Assembly (NCBI GenBank): GCA_965235115.1
Contig: OZ249452.1
Coordinates: 7,998,001-8,062,000, forward strand
Direction of reading: 5' to 3'
Length of the DNA stretch: 64,000 nucleotides
Source of the DNA: Laetmonice hystrix
Lineage: Eukaryota
The notes under the pieces were generated by a model that saw only the letters and a list, made by a program, of their open reading frames with translations, did no database searches and was not told where the DNA came from. The first letter of the stretch is position 1, and every line of letters starts with the position of its first letter. Position numbers and translations under genes: made by a program. This document shows positions 33,183 to 53,073 of this stretch, piece after piece.

Positions 33183-36100
33183 TTAAAGCGACACGTTCTC
33201 TGTTAGACCACGCTCGCAGCCACCTCGTACTATATTTGGTAGCACTGGTATCTTTGATTGTTGTTGTTCGCATCCAATCAGAAACGACCCAAGAGCTCCA
33301 AGAGTCCCGGCCATCGCGAGGATATGCAAATGATATTCTCGAGGCTGAAATATATGGAAAATTAGTTTTTTAACCGCTTAAGGCAAAAGAAATCACGGTT
33401 TGATCTGGTATGCGCGCGCCTGACTTTAGAAGCAGCTCACCAGTGCGTCACCGCGCACAACTTTTGAAAATGTTCTTCATATCAGAAACCGGAAGATATT
33501 TTTTATTACCTTTTCCCGTTTACTAATAAAAAGATCTTTTGCATTATAACTGCTTAGTCTATAACTGCTTAGACGTCTAATTTGCCGCAGACAGCACTTA
33601 CCGATTTATACAAATATAAGCTGCGCAAAATTTCAAATTCTTTCACAAAGAGATGCTGGGTAATGTCTGCTTCCACAAGAGTTCCCGTCAAAAACAGATG
33701 ACGTATCTGCTCATTGTGCATCACGTGATGCGCAATGCTCATTGCGTTTCCACAGATGGACTGGAGCAGAGTCCTTGCCAGGTCATCCTTCCTGACCTCC
33801 TCTGCAAGAGAGAAAACATGCTCGGAACAGAGGTGCAAGGAGTATGCACGGACTGGGGGGGGGGGGGCAAAGAGGTGGTCCTATATCATTTTAATACCAT
33901 CATCCAGAAGTTAAGGGGGGGGGGGGGGGTGCACCCCCAGAATTGCCACTTAAGTCAACATACCGGGAGGTTTTCCCTGTAGTTTTCCGAATGAATAGAT
34001 CACCAGCTCATCCTGAGTTCCCTGACTGTAGGCGTCCCCGTCCACGTCAGTACAGACGTCACAGACGCGCACGTTCATGGTATCTTCATCTCCAGTCTCT
34101 GCCAGAACGACCAGGTCCTCAAACGTCTGAATACAGCAGAGAATACCACATAAATCAAATCAAATAAGATAAATCAAAACATTAAAACAATTAATTATAC
34201 GTTGATTTTCTAAAAATTATCGCTACCTTTGCACCCGTTAGCAAACGTCCGAGGTCAACAAACGTCCGACCACCGTACTTAGTAACGTCGAGGATATCGA
34301 AGTGTCCATCCTCGTATACCTGAGGGATACAAACATACTCATTGATACTAACGTCAGAGATATTTTAAACACTTCATGAAGATTCCTTTCATGTCGGATC
34401 GTGCGAGTGAATATAGTTTTACGTCATATCAGGATCAGTTAGTCATCTTCAAAACCGGAAGTCTTAATTTAGGCATTTTCCGGCAACATACTTTTTTCTA
34501 ACATGAACTACGCATCGGCTCCTTTCAGAAAGGCATGTGGAAATTATTTTTTTGACACTCATTATTTGAGCGAAGTATCATGTCGGATGTGGAATGTTAA
34601 GATACAGTATCTAATCCCAGTATCTAATCCCACTTTTTGCTATCCTTAACAGGCAATAAATGGGAATAGAATAAAAAATGGAATATTGAAAATAACATCT
34701 AAATACGGAATTCTGGAAAAAAGTAGTCCCATTTCTCAGAAGGTATAGGCGGAAGGATAAAAGGGAAGCAACAGAAAAACCAACCTTCGCGAGTGTGAAT
34801 CTACCACCCATGATCCCTAAAATGAGTGGGTACTCCACTTTGGACAATCCTACCAGAGCCTCAAACTTCCCGGCAAGAGCATCCTGGCTGTAGCGCTCAT
34901 ACTCAGCTGCGTTTGAATCGTAGGATATCATCCGTGTGAACGGACCGTTGGCCAGTTCACTGTTTGTACTGACTACCGACTGACCTACCCGAATACCGGC
35001 CTGAATGCCACTCTCTGACGGTGTCAGACAGATCTCCGACACATCGCGTGTCTCCGTGAAGTATTGGAAGCCACGGATGAAGCACTGGACCTCGTTCACA
35101 CTCGAGCACCTGGCGGACGACAACGTGTTTAGAGAAGCAGAAGAGGACAGCAGTCGCGTGCACGATCTCGGATTCGAATTTCGGTTCAAATCATTTCAGC
35201 GTGCTGAACTGCCTTTCTGGCGTCTCATGTGAGCATGACTAGGNNNNNNNNNNNNNNNNNNNNNNNNNNNNNNNNNNNNNNNNNNNNNNNNNNNNNNNNN
35301 NNNNNNNNNNNNNNNNNNNNNNNNNNNNNNNNNNNNNNNNNNNNNNNNNNNNNNNNNNNNNNNNNNNNNNNNNNNNNNNNNNNNNNNNNNNNNNNNNNNN
35401 NNNNNNNNNNNNNNNNNNNNNNNNNNNNNNNNNNNNNNNNNNNNNNNNNNNNNNNNNNNNNNNNNNNNNNNNNNNNNNNNNNNNNNNNNNNNNNNNNNNN
35501 NNNNNNNNNNNNNNNNNNNNNNNAACAACCTTCAGTCACTGATGCCCTTCATGATTCGTGCGTCACGTACTCAAACAACCCCTATAGGAAAATCGGTCAA
35601 TGACGCTTTCAATGGTTGCGTACATACTGCACATTTAGTTCGGTGTTTATCCTATCCTGAAGCCCAGTGATCCGGATTCCTGTAGTGTGGATGATTGGAA
35701 CGGGAGTCAATGTCCTCCTGATGTACACATTGTCTCTGATGAAGATAACTGCTTCATCTATTTTGTCGGTGGGAAACGACGTGCTGTATAGATTTCCCGT
35801 TTGTGCCGGATTCGGTTCCAGTGCCGTGTTTTGCCATTCTTCCTTTGCCAAGTAAACCAGCTTTAACAAAGAGCCACCTGGATAAATTGGGGCAAAACAT
35901 CTCGGGTAGAATATTGTTATTTTGATATAAAGATATAGCATTGCGTACCTCTCCCCTCTCATTTACCCCAAGCAGACCCCCCCCCCTCCAATCACCCTTG
36001 ACAAAATGGATACAGAAGCGGCCTTGTCGTAGCTGCTCGCTGTGGGAAGCGGCCCCCACCGGAAGTATGTGATGCCCCAGCAGAACAAAGTTTTGAGAGA

Positions 36101-36468
36101 TTTAGAAAACCAGAGCAACAGGATTACAGTGAAGGGTAATGAATCAGCCCTAGATCTATTGGTAAGGTATAAAATTGTGCAATCCCTTTGTAATAATACG
36201 AATAGTAAAATATAAAAGGAGAGGACAGCCACAGTTAGATATCTCTATCTGTATAATTCCTGACACCAGCTATTCCCATCATGCATGCTATATATCATAT
36301 TACATATTTGGTTCGTTAAATCTGTATCTATAGATCTGTAGGAGGAGCACATTGAAACTGTTGACTTTGGCCGTCAGTCTGCTTACCAACATCCAGTGAA
36401 AATCCGTTAGATTTTGTGAGAAGCTCCATTGGCAGTTGTATTATTTGAATACTACTTTTGGCACTCAT
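33183..36468 (-). CDS. Divergent type II pantothenate kinase-like protein (~424 aa, 7 exons)
   Basis: Exons 36468-36387, 35877-35628, 35109-34785, 34319-34227, 34126-33964, 33801-33602, 33344-33183, all GT-AG and in phase (1275 nt). Motifs SLDVGGSLLKLVY, NEVQCFIRG, YPLILG, GGRTFVDLGRLLTG, TFEDLVVLAETGD, YSFG, KDDLARTLL, LGALG. Confidence 0.85.
35244..35523. other. Assembly gap, intronic
   Basis: N run inside PanK-like intron 2. Confidence 0.95.
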
Positions 36469-36556
36469 TTTGATTCTCAAATAGGAGAATTGCAGGAAGG
36501 GCGGACTATGAAAAAGAAAGAAACCCCTTTATAAGAAGACTAGAGTCTACACATGG

Positions 36557-37442
36557 CTAATATACATTTGATACCAATGCAGAGGTTATCTTCACTCTTC
36601 TGGTCGGGCTGATGTTGTACGAGTATGGTTGGCCGTAGTACCAGTAAATCAAAAGATATGATCCTAGGTATACTAATAGAACAGTGACATTGAATACTTT
36701 TAGGCCCTATATGTCTACAACCAATCAGAGGGCGATATATATTATGTGCTGAGAGGATTCTAAATATTCATCCTCGTATATTCTTGAAGGAACCATACTA
36801 AAATAGTTCCTGCTTGTTGCTAAGTAGCTGCGCGGTTTATCTGTTTGCGAAATGTCTACAAGTAAATATGTTCACTCCATTGGCTAACTGGTATAAAAGG
36901 TCGAAAATGTTATCATTTTCAGAGGAGAACAGTTCTCGATGGAAACCCCTCAATCTAGAGGGGTAGGCGGGAAGCAAAAAACCTAGTTAGGCCACTGCTT
37001 CTGTGAGCCTGTTGTAGGCCTACATACCTGATTTTTTACCTTGTAGCGTGTACGAAGTGCCGAGGAAGGCCGAATCCTTCGGGTATCTCTCAACGTTATG
37101 GAGAACTCCTATGTACGTTGTAGAATCCCAGCTGGGATAAGGTTTACGTCAAACAAACTTAAATATCTATATAGAACAACCTTAAAGGTAATGTCTGTTT
37201 CACCTCGTGCCGACCTCACAGTATCCCTTAATCTCTGGTCAAAAGCAGTGACCTCATAATCGTATACTGACCGTGCTTGAAACTATCAGGCGTTCTGGAA
37301 ACTAAACAAAATGATTGTGCCGCTAAACCCTCTACTGGCCTATAGTTGTGTTCTTATCGGAAAAAGCAGCACTATCAAGTATAGAATTGGCTACCTGACA
37401 TATATCCAAGAAGACGCCGTCGGTGTCACAGCCGTGCACCAA
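36557..37442 (-). CDS. Three putative exons of an unidentified protein (weakly F5/8 discoidin-like)
   Basis: Exons 37442-37395, 37131-37040 and 36663-36557 join in phase through GT-AG sites: WCTAVTPTASSWIYVSWDSTTYIGVLHNVERYPKDSAFLGTSYTLQGSYLLIYWYYGQPYSYNISPTRRVKITSALVSNVY*. No start codon was established. Confidence 0.35.
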
Positions 37443-39014
37443 CTAGGTAAGTACTTATTATCTGTAGGTAGGCCTACTACAAAGATGCTTACTTGGTATT
37501 TTCGAGAAGTTCATATGAGGACAGCTATGTTTGATATAATGGTGGTCACGTAGCTAAATGCATGTTCTCCCTCCGTGAAGTCAAGGCCGTATTATTTTCC
37601 GAGCATGCTCTTTAGAAAAATCAAAAACGATTTTTTTTGGGGTTTGCTTGTTTAATTTTTCTTTTGTGAGGGCGAGGATTGTCAATGTCATCTTTCCAGA
37701 GTTCACAAACTGGAACACTTCGAGCTTTATTGTAAGGTTTTATTTTTCCAGAACAAAACACTTGTATAATATATTGAAAATTACCATGAGTGTTCCCCTG
37801 TCGTTCTCTTCAAACTAAGAAAAATATCCACACCTGGTTCAAGGTGCCAGGGTCCCATTTTTCCGAAACTCAAGTTTTTGTTTAAACTCAAGTTTAATGC
37901 TCCTAATTGGTTTATCTAAGACAACTAGATAACCATAAGCGTTAAGCTCAAATTAAAGCAAAGTCTTAAGTTTTGAAAACTGCATGGTCTTGCCTCTGAC
38001 ATGTTCATGCATGGGAATCAGTATTTTCAGGGAATATTTCGAATATCTTATATAATATCAAACCTCCAAGGGGAAAAGATTAAATATATTAATGAGTTAC
38101 AATGAGTTAATGGGTTCAAAACTGCGATGCCCTTCTAAATGCCCAGATACACAGACCAATTTACGGCCGATTTTGAGCTACGGCCGATTTTTCTCCATAG
38201 TTTTCTCTATAGTCAAATGGGGCTGCATGCGTATGGGCCTTAAGACTGGAAAAAAGGGGGAAGTGGGTATTAGTGATGCGTACTATATATCATTTACAAT
38301 ACCGCATTACAAGCATGATACGAAGTATTTACATAGTCTTAATTACACACGAATTGACACTGACACGTTTTTTGTTTCTTTCTTCTCTTCTCTCCATGAA
38401 TTCAAGCTCGTGGCATTTAGTAAGAAAGCAGATCGGCTCACAATGAACTGCCTGGTTCCGATTTCCCTCACCAGATGTCGCCAACATTTAACTTACCTCC
38501 CGCTTCAAAGACATTATGTAAAAGTGAAAGTGAATTGGCAAAAATGTCTAAAATCAGCATTCTTAAAACACATTTGTATGAGTCCTTAACTATAGAATCT
38601 TGCCTCTAGTTATTTCATTTTGTGTATATTTACTTGCCAAATTTGTAGGGGAAAGAGGATATTTCCCATTGAATTGAAAAAGTCGATGGTCTTTTACCCA
38701 GTTAATTTTTTTTTGGTGATTAGTCACAGGAAAACGATGACATTTGTACCTAATTCGGGGTACAAGATAAACATCTTATCCATGATATGTTGGCCAACAA
38801 CCAGATAGTCACACAAGAGGTAGAAGTATGTTTCACTACTATCGTTTTTACCCTTCCTTTTAAATTATTTTTGCAGAATCATTATAAGATATATTTAGAA
38901 GAACGTACACAGTGACATAACAAATCCACACACCCAAACTAAATCTATCAACACTACATCTCACTCCTAGTCAATATCTAAACGTTCTTATAGCATAACT
39001 TGTCTGTGAAGGCA

Positions 39015-39100
39015 GACATACGTCACGTTGACATACGTCACGTTGACATACGTCACGTTGACATACGTCACGTTGACATACGTCACGTTGACATACGTCA
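39015..39100. repeat. 15-bp tandem repeat (gacatacgtcacgtt) x ~6
   Basis: Direct inspection. Confidence 0.9.
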
Positions 39101-39446
39101 CCTTTAACTCTCCCAAGGTACGGTGACGTACTTCAGAATAGAATAGAACATGGAGTTTGCTGATTCTTTAAAGCTTTTACTGACAAACTCTCAAGTAACC
39201 CCACTTTAGTCTTGTCAATTTTGTTTTTTTTTTGCTGTTTTGTTGGTTTTGTTGTTGTTGTTGTTATTTGTTGTTGTGTGTGTCTTTAAGCTAATAGACC
39301 AAAAGGGGTGTCCAATATTATATATAGGTCAAGTCAAGTATAACGTAGGCCTATTAAAAGCAAATTTGTGCCCCGCCCCTTTTAGACCCACAAGCTGCGC
39401 CAAAGTCCCCTAAAAAAACTTGAAACCTTGTGCCCCACGTCATCCG

Positions 39447-39670
39447 GATGTCCCTGTGAGTACGTCATGCGGATGTCCCTGTGAGTACGTCATGCGGATG
39501 TCCCTGTGAGTACGTCACATGGTACGTCATCGGATGCCTTTGTGAGTACGTCACATGGTACGTCATCGGATGTCTTTGTGAGTACGTCACATGGTACGCC
39601 ATCGGATGTTTTTTTTTTGAGTACGTCACATGGTACGTCATCGGATGTTTTTTTTTGAGTACGTCACATG
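39447..39670. repeat. Degenerate tandem repeat (gagtacgtcacatggtacgtcatcggatg)
   Basis: About 6 imperfect 24-40 bp units. Confidence 0.8.
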
Positions 39671-39889
39671 TGGTGTCGCATGGTTTTTTTCACGTCCACA
39701 ACTTTGAAACATTTGAAATTTCCACGGATCCAGTAGGTTCAAAATCCAGTACATGTATTTCGTTTAAATGCGTCTACATTTTTTCTTGAGCCTCGGCATC
39801 GAGGCAATGTTTTGAATTTTCGCCGGTCATCCTTGAGGTCCTAACTCTGTTGTATCCAGTCAGTAACAACGCCTCCTGGCGGTGAAAGC

Positions 39890-45795
<5,906 letters not shown>

Positions 45796-48587
45796 TTTAC
45801 CCCTTTGATTTTTCTCCGCCTTTGTGGTGTCCGACAATGTTTAAACGGGACCCGTAAGGAAATGGCTGGTAGAATTATACAAGCCGAACCCTTGCTGCGC
45901 TAGAGTGCGAATACTGAGTCCTCAGGAAATTGAATACACCAGGTAAAAACGCAGGTGATGCTGACTATAAATGTAGGCGACAGCTGCTGGTCCTAATGGC
46001 AAAGATGCGGTTCTGGAGCACCAAATGATGATGCTGGTCTCTAGCTGTCAGCGTTATAATTTCGGCTCTGTGCTTATTGAAACCGTTGTGCACGGTGTAC
46101 CCTGGTTACCATCCACCTACTACGTAAGGCAAGCACAGTTTGATCTCCCCAGCCCCCTCCCGCCTACCCCAAGCCCCTACCCCATCCTATACTAGGGAGG
46201 ATAGCCTTTTCCCGGCCTTTGCAAACAGCGCCATCTAGTGTCTGCACCTACACTGCCGACCATCGCACCTGTCAATGTTAAGCCATACGTCAAGGCCTGA
46301 ACTTCTCTTACGGAGAAACCCTACACGGCCTCCCTTGCCGTACAATTACATTTACCTTGACACCGGACAAATAATTAGGTCACACTCTCAGGTGCAACGG
46401 TGGAGAGGAGGGAGGAGGCTTAGCTGCAGCTGTTATTGGCAGATGAGAGAGATATTTAATGATTGTCTATTATGCTTCGAAGGGAATTGGATAGCGTTCT
46501 TGCAGATGGGTTGAAGTAGGCCTACTGGTTAGTTACTGATAGGAGGCATTTATAATAAACCTTTTGATCTGTAATCTATTCGTTGAGGGGGCCCTTCCTT
46601 AGAGAACGGATGACAGAATTGCGAGTGACAAGGAAATAGGAAATGTTATATTACAACTCTGTACAGTGGCGTAGGAAATGGGGGCCTAACAAATGTTAAA
46701 GGGGGACCAAGATTACTCCTTACACCCCCCCCCTCCTCCTCCCCCTCCAAACACCCACACCCACACCCACACCCACACCCACACCCACTCCCCACCTACA
46801 TTCTCCACCATCAGTATGCCTTCGTATACTGCCTTCATTCAAAGAACCTCATGCCTACAGATGAGACCGCCGGACAAACAGAAGATGTATATAGTCGACC
46901 GCATGCCAACCCCTACCATGCAGTCAGCTGGAAAATATCGACCGAGGTCTACGTGCTGGGGGCTATCTGTATACTTCATATAATAACGCCACCATAATCT
47001 CAAATTACAGTATTGGTGGGCCGTACACACGCTATAGATCAATTCCAGGTCTGCCAGCTTGTATAATCTGTTAATTAGCACTGCCGTCTACCATTGTACG
47101 TTATAGGCCTAGTTTATACAGTTTCTACATTAATAACCAGACGAATGACTAGTATTAGTATATTCAGTAAGTGTGGCATACAGTCATGTTGACTTTAACC
47201 GTAGAATTGATCAGATCTAAAAGCATAGTGTTTGATCGCTGTGCTGTGGTTTGCTTGAAGTAAACCTAATCTTTAAACAAAAGCGACGACAGACGTACAG
47301 GTCTTGTTGTCATAACAGACCAGTTCGATCTGTTCAGCTGTTTTGAATATCTATTTGTGGCAGGTAAACATGTAGGGGCCCCTATCGGACACGTATAAAT
47401 ATAAGTTGGTCTTTGTAAAAACCAATGTAAAGGGACAAAGCCTGTAATCTATATTAATATTGGCTGTGTGGGATATGTACAGGCAGATTATAATGTGGTG
47501 TTAGGTGGGGAGGTCAGACACATCCAAAAGCGATTTAGCTAGGACTTGCATTATTATGGCATGGATGCTTCGTTTGCAGGCACGACGGTAGGGGGCGCAC
47601 TATAAGCCGGGCCCCCGCAGGCCGCTCTGGGGGATTGCCTGATTACGTAAATGGCATACGCCCCCTCGTGGCCATAATGGGAACCAGATATATGGCAAGC
47701 GTGTCGTGCAGTAACTCGACAGGGAGTATGTAGTGCGGGACACAATCTACTTTGAAATGCCCAGAACGCAAGTTTGTCTTTTCCAATTAAGTAATTGGCA
47801 TTAACTGGAGAGGCCATTCATCCAATTACATAATTACGGGGCATTGTTGTAGTAACGGAGCGTCTAATATACAGGGTAGATATAGAATGCCCCACAGGGA
47901 AAATAAATTCTTGGGTTATTTTAAGATCATTAATTTTCTTTGAGTTTTATAGACCGGGGCTTGATTAATTATTTTGGCAAATCATTTGTGATTTACAAAG
48001 AGATATCAAGCTCATTAAATAAACCTCAAGTCAAGTTTTCTGAGACCCAAGGACAAGTTTATGGTATGCAAATTATTTCTGAACATGTTGGGCTGGTTTC
48101 TTTTCTTCTTCTTGATTGACTATAATAATAACTTTTGTGTAATTTACGGAATTTACTGCAACAAAAAACAGCGCAAATATTCGTTGATGACGAATATGTT
48201 GGACAAATAAGGAGCTGTCTATTAAAGGAAAGGAAACCCAAATCGAAAACAAACCCGTGTACAAGACGATCGTCTTTTACCGGGTTTTTTTCAATTCAAC
48301 TGAAAATATCTCATTTTTCGCGCAAATTTCGCAAAGATATATACCCAAAATGGCATACTAACTGGCAGCATTTTGAAGTTTAGAACTCCAACTATCATAA
48401 AGATGTGCTTTAATGCCGGTTTCAGAGGTGTTTTTACCTTCGCATTAAGTATACGTTTTTATACCGTCGAAAGCTAACATAATGTATAGGCCCTAAGTAC
48501 TTTCCTGATCTTGTCCCAGAACATGGAATGATCTATACTATAAAATGGCGTACAGTATAACATGTAAGGCCTGGGCCTCTACACATG

Positions 48588-48850
48588 CAAGGGCGGATCC
48601 AAAGCTGTTTCTTGACCGGTTTCCAAAATGGGCTTGCTTGGGAGGTTCCCTCAGAAAAAATGAAAAATTGGTGTGCTTTATTGCGTTTTAGGCAAGAAAA
48701 TTACCGAAAATCAGACTGAAAATGAATCCTGGAAAATGTAGGGGCCTACATTTTATTAAATAATTGTGTAAAGACATTCTTGTGGGGGGGGGGGGCTGAA
48801 CCTTTGTCCGGTTTCCGGAAAACGGTCGAAACCCTTTGGATCCGCCAGTG
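48588..48850. mobile_element. MITE with GGCGGATCC inverted ends
   Basis: caagggcggatccaaag ... ctttggatccgccagtg. Confidence 0.6.
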
Positions 48851-49846
48851 CTACAATACTACATTTTGATAATTTCCTTCACTGTATTTGTCGAATATTA
48901 ATCAAGTGTTGTCAATACACTAGAAAGACATAAGGTACTATGTCATGCTCAGTATTGGACACTATAAATGGTGATATAAAACATATGTACACATGTATAT
49001 CTCAGTTATACATACCTCGGTATTCTGACTTATCCGGGACTGAGCCTTCATCACACTGTGATCTCTAACCAAGACCCAAGTCACTTCAATCCGATCCTGA
49101 CGGTGTCGTTAGACAACTAAGCTCAAAGCCTGAACAACCTGTCCAACTCGTTCCCACTGATCGTTTAAACCATGGCCAATCCTACCTCGGGCCGGCGTCT
49201 CCTAGGCTTTGTTTTTATTTTCCCGTTGCTACGGGAGATGACCAACAGACGCTCGCCTCTAGTTGCGCCACTCTGTACATTACCATTAATCTTTATTTAT
49301 CCAGGACCGCATCAGCAAATGATTATCGACCTTAGACCCATCGCATCACTGCAAAAAGTCGAATACGTGTAAATATTATAATAATTCTGCTTATATATTT
49401 AACAGCGTCCATTCGGACTAGGCTTGACCTGCTGTAAAAATAGCAATATTCATAAGTCGCCATAAAAATATTGAGAATAAACATAATGCATAAACTCTTA
49501 CTAAAATAATATACAGAGATTTTACAAAAGGAAGGTGCATTGGGAGGTGTTTTCAAGCATATATAAACGTGTTTTTCCGCCTCATGGCTCAGATTCTGGG
49601 TGAACTGCTGACCCGTGTCGATCTAGCCTTTATTTTATCGATTTGTATGTCACGTGCAGCTGAGCAGGAACAAAGGGAACGCCTCACATCCGTTACACAC
49701 AGATATACAGTGGTTTATTTATAACAGCAATTATATATTATATTGTACTATATCGTTATATAAATGCAGTGATCACGGAGTGCCAGCCAAGGCTCAATTT
49801 TCTTCTTTTTTTTGTCACGGCGAATTGTGGGACCTATACGGAGCTC

Positions 49847-50178
49847 GGTTGGGGACATGAAGAAAAAAATTCGTATCGTGAAAAAAATATTGTGGAGATC
49901 TCGTTCGTTTCACGAAAAATAATTTGTGGAGGTCATATAATAACGACTTAGTGACGTCACTAAGTCATAATAACGAGTTAGTGACGTCACTAAGCGGTTA
50001 TTACGAGTTAATAACGTTTGTTTCGCGAAAAATTTGTGGAGATCTCCATAAATTTATTTTCACGAAACGGACGTAATTAACTCGTAATCACTTAGTGACG
50101 TCACAAAGTCGTAATAACGAGTTAATGACGTCACGAAGTCTTTTTTTTCATTATAAAATTTTTTTCATGTCCCCAACC
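49847..50178. mobile_element. Fold-back element rich in TGACGTCA palindromes
   Basis: GGTTGGGGACATGAA ... TTCATGTCCCCAACC ends, with internal inverted blocks carrying several tgacgtca. Confidence 0.65.
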
Positions 50179-52140
50179 AGGACCACCCACAGACACGGGG
50201 TAAAAATATTGTTACATATAAGGCGGCTATATACAAAAATGAATAGGCTATGGTTCTCTGCACGACTCGCTTTATATGTCAATATGTATCACATGGGCTG
50301 GTAGGTTGGATGGTTGATGGACTGGAGACACACGATTTCTTCCTTGGTAAGATGTAGACGGTAATGGTGGTAAATGTAGAATAGTAAATGTCCGTGAATA
50401 TTGTAAATGAGGTGAAAGTCACTGGTCCTGGTGAGAAAAGTTCTTGTAGTCAGAGATAGCTCTGCCGTAGAGTCCCATGGCTGACAAAGTGCTCAAGGCA
50501 CGTCTTTCTCCGGAGCACGGACTCCCTCGACTGACCAATGGTTGGTCATGTTACACTGCACACATGAAAATGTTACCAACCAATCAGTGGTCGGTTTATA
50601 AAATATAGATGACCAGACATGCTGGAGACAAGAAAAAAACAGTAAAGCAATAGAAGGTCTGGAGGCAGGAGCAGAATCTGGGTAGATTGCTGACCCGTCG
50701 CGATCTATCCTGGCATTTATTGATGTGTAGGTCGACCAGGTAAATTATTTAGCAACTTGTACTGCCACGGCGCCAACACTTGGTGGGCAAACACGCTATC
50801 ATGTATTTTTAAGCAACTATATTAACTATACTATTTCTAATAAAAAAAAAAGGATGTGGCTTGCAGAGCTTTGAAAATGGTCCAAAAATATAGACGTTTT
50901 TTCTAAGCGTGACCCCCCACCCTCTGCAGGGGCCATAAATCACGACCCAATGATCGGGGGAACGTATTTTGCAAATCCTCCTTAGAATGGTTGTTCTACA
51001 TTATGCTGTCTCTACTGTTTCCGCACACAACCTTAGCAACACTGGCAAAATGAAATCAATTTCATGAACAAATAAAAAAAAATTATAAAAAAAAGAAGCC
51101 AATTTCGGGAAAAGGAGGCAATTATAAAACCAATAGCAAATACTTCCTTTTCATATGGGGCTTGCATTTCTGCATGGAATCCTTGAATTTCTGCATGGAA
51201 TCCTCGTATAAAGTTTCGTACTCTCTATCTTTGTGTCGGAAGAACCTAGAATTCCCCCCGGTATTTTCTTTCATTCTATCTTCTGCCGATAGGTAGCTTT
51301 TACTACAAAATAAAGAAAAGTGTAGCAGTGGCAAGCTTAGAATAGTTCTGGCATAGTTAAAGAAAGAAATCATAATTTCTTACATTCATACGCCCAGTAA
51401 AGACGAAAGGTGAGCATTGGTTGCCACATCGGCCGACGATGGACAGGTGGGTGAAATACAGCGCCACCTCTTGATTTTGAGATGACTTTAAATGGCCGCG
51501 AGATTTCCCTTCTCCCATGGCACATACAGCGCCATCTCTTGAGAAAGGTGAACACTATTGTATTGAAGCCAGCTGAAAAGACCGGATCTGACATCTTCGA
51601 TGACGTCAGGACAAAGTGATAAAGTTCCTTTAAATTAAAGGTACTGTGTCATGGGCTATTATTGGACTGAATTAGATTCAACTGGCTATATCTTTAAAAT
51701 ATTGATAATTTTTCTCCGAAAACCAAATGTGATACCCATTGATATACAAGGAAAACCTATGACCACAAAGTGTCGTTTTAGGATTCAGGCCTTTCGTTCC
51801 ACTATTTTACGATAGGTGGCGCTGCATTTGCCGGTAATGGACCGCGAACCTTACAACCTCTCCCAGAAACTGGAGATAGCGCTGTATTCACCTTCGTCGT
51901 TTCTTGTCAATTAAATTCTGCCGAATGTTTTATACCCAAAGCTGGTTACCTCTACGACACATCGTTACACTTTAAGACTTATGTTACATATTATGTAACA
52001 TTGCTACACTTTTCTTTATTTTGGGTCTTCTACAGATGGCAGAGACCGAGCATAGTTTTCACCTTTCATTTCACAACCTTACCCGACGAATATTTACGTA
52101 CCAATATGTCGATACCTTCATACCCTAATATGGCATTCAA

Positions 52141-52860
52141 GCTCTCTCCCACAATAAACTCCGAAACTAAGAGGATGGCGAACATGTATACATGACACGT
52201 CGTAACCTTTCAGTACCATGGTCCACGCGAGAGTCACATACCAATACAATAGTTTGTCCCTCTCTCTCCCACAATAAACTCCCAAACTAAAGATACACAG
52301 AATTGTGAACATACATGACACGTCGTAACCTTTCAGTACCATGGTCCACGCGAGAGTCACATACCAATACAATAGTTTGTCCCTCTCTCTCCCACAATAA
52401 ACTCCCAAACTAAAGATACACAGGATTGTGGACAGACATGACATGTCGTAACCTTTCAGTACCATGGTCCACGCGAGAGTCACATACCAATACAATAGTT
52501 TGTCCCTCTCTCTCCCACAATAAACTCCCAAACTAAAGATACACAGAATTGTGAACAGACATGACATGTCGTAACCTTTCAGTACCATGGTCCACGCGAG
52601 AGTCACATACCAATACAATAGTTTGTCCCTCTCTCTCCCACAATAAACTCCCAAACTAAAGATACACAGAATTGTGAACATACATGACACGTCGTAACCT
52701 TTCAGTACCATGGTCCAGGCGAGAGTCACATACCAATACAATAGTTTGTCCCTCTCTCTCCCACAATAAACTCCCAAACTAAAGATACACAGAATTGTGA
52801 ACATACATGACACGTCGTAACCTTTCAGTACCATGGTCCAGGCGAGAGTCACGCCCCAAT
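52141..52860. repeat. 123-bp satellite, ~5.5 copies
   Basis: catgaca(c/t)gtcgtaacc at 52191, 52314, 52437, 52560, 52683 and 52806. Confidence 0.95.
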
Positions 52861-53073
52861 ACGATAGTTTGTAGTTTGTATGTCTGCCGTGAGAATACCA
52901 TCGTAGGATATCATAAACGGTTCATGAACCCCTCAAACTCCTGTTCTTTTACTCTTTTTGCCAAACCAGTTTGGTTTCAACAACCGTAAGACGTTCGGTT
53001 TAATAGGGTTAATGGGTTCGAGGTAACCCTAATGCCTACTTTATTAGGGAAACTGTGTTTTACGTAAGAATAA

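Noticed and set aside
35963-36232. Hydrophobic 89-aa ORF as the first exon of the PanK-like gene
   Set aside because: The true first exon (36468-36387, ending LDV-G) splices over it, so it lies in intron 1.
47554-47817. GC-rich 87-aa minus-strand ORF
   Set aside because: No family motif or neighbouring phase-compatible exons found. Left unassigned.
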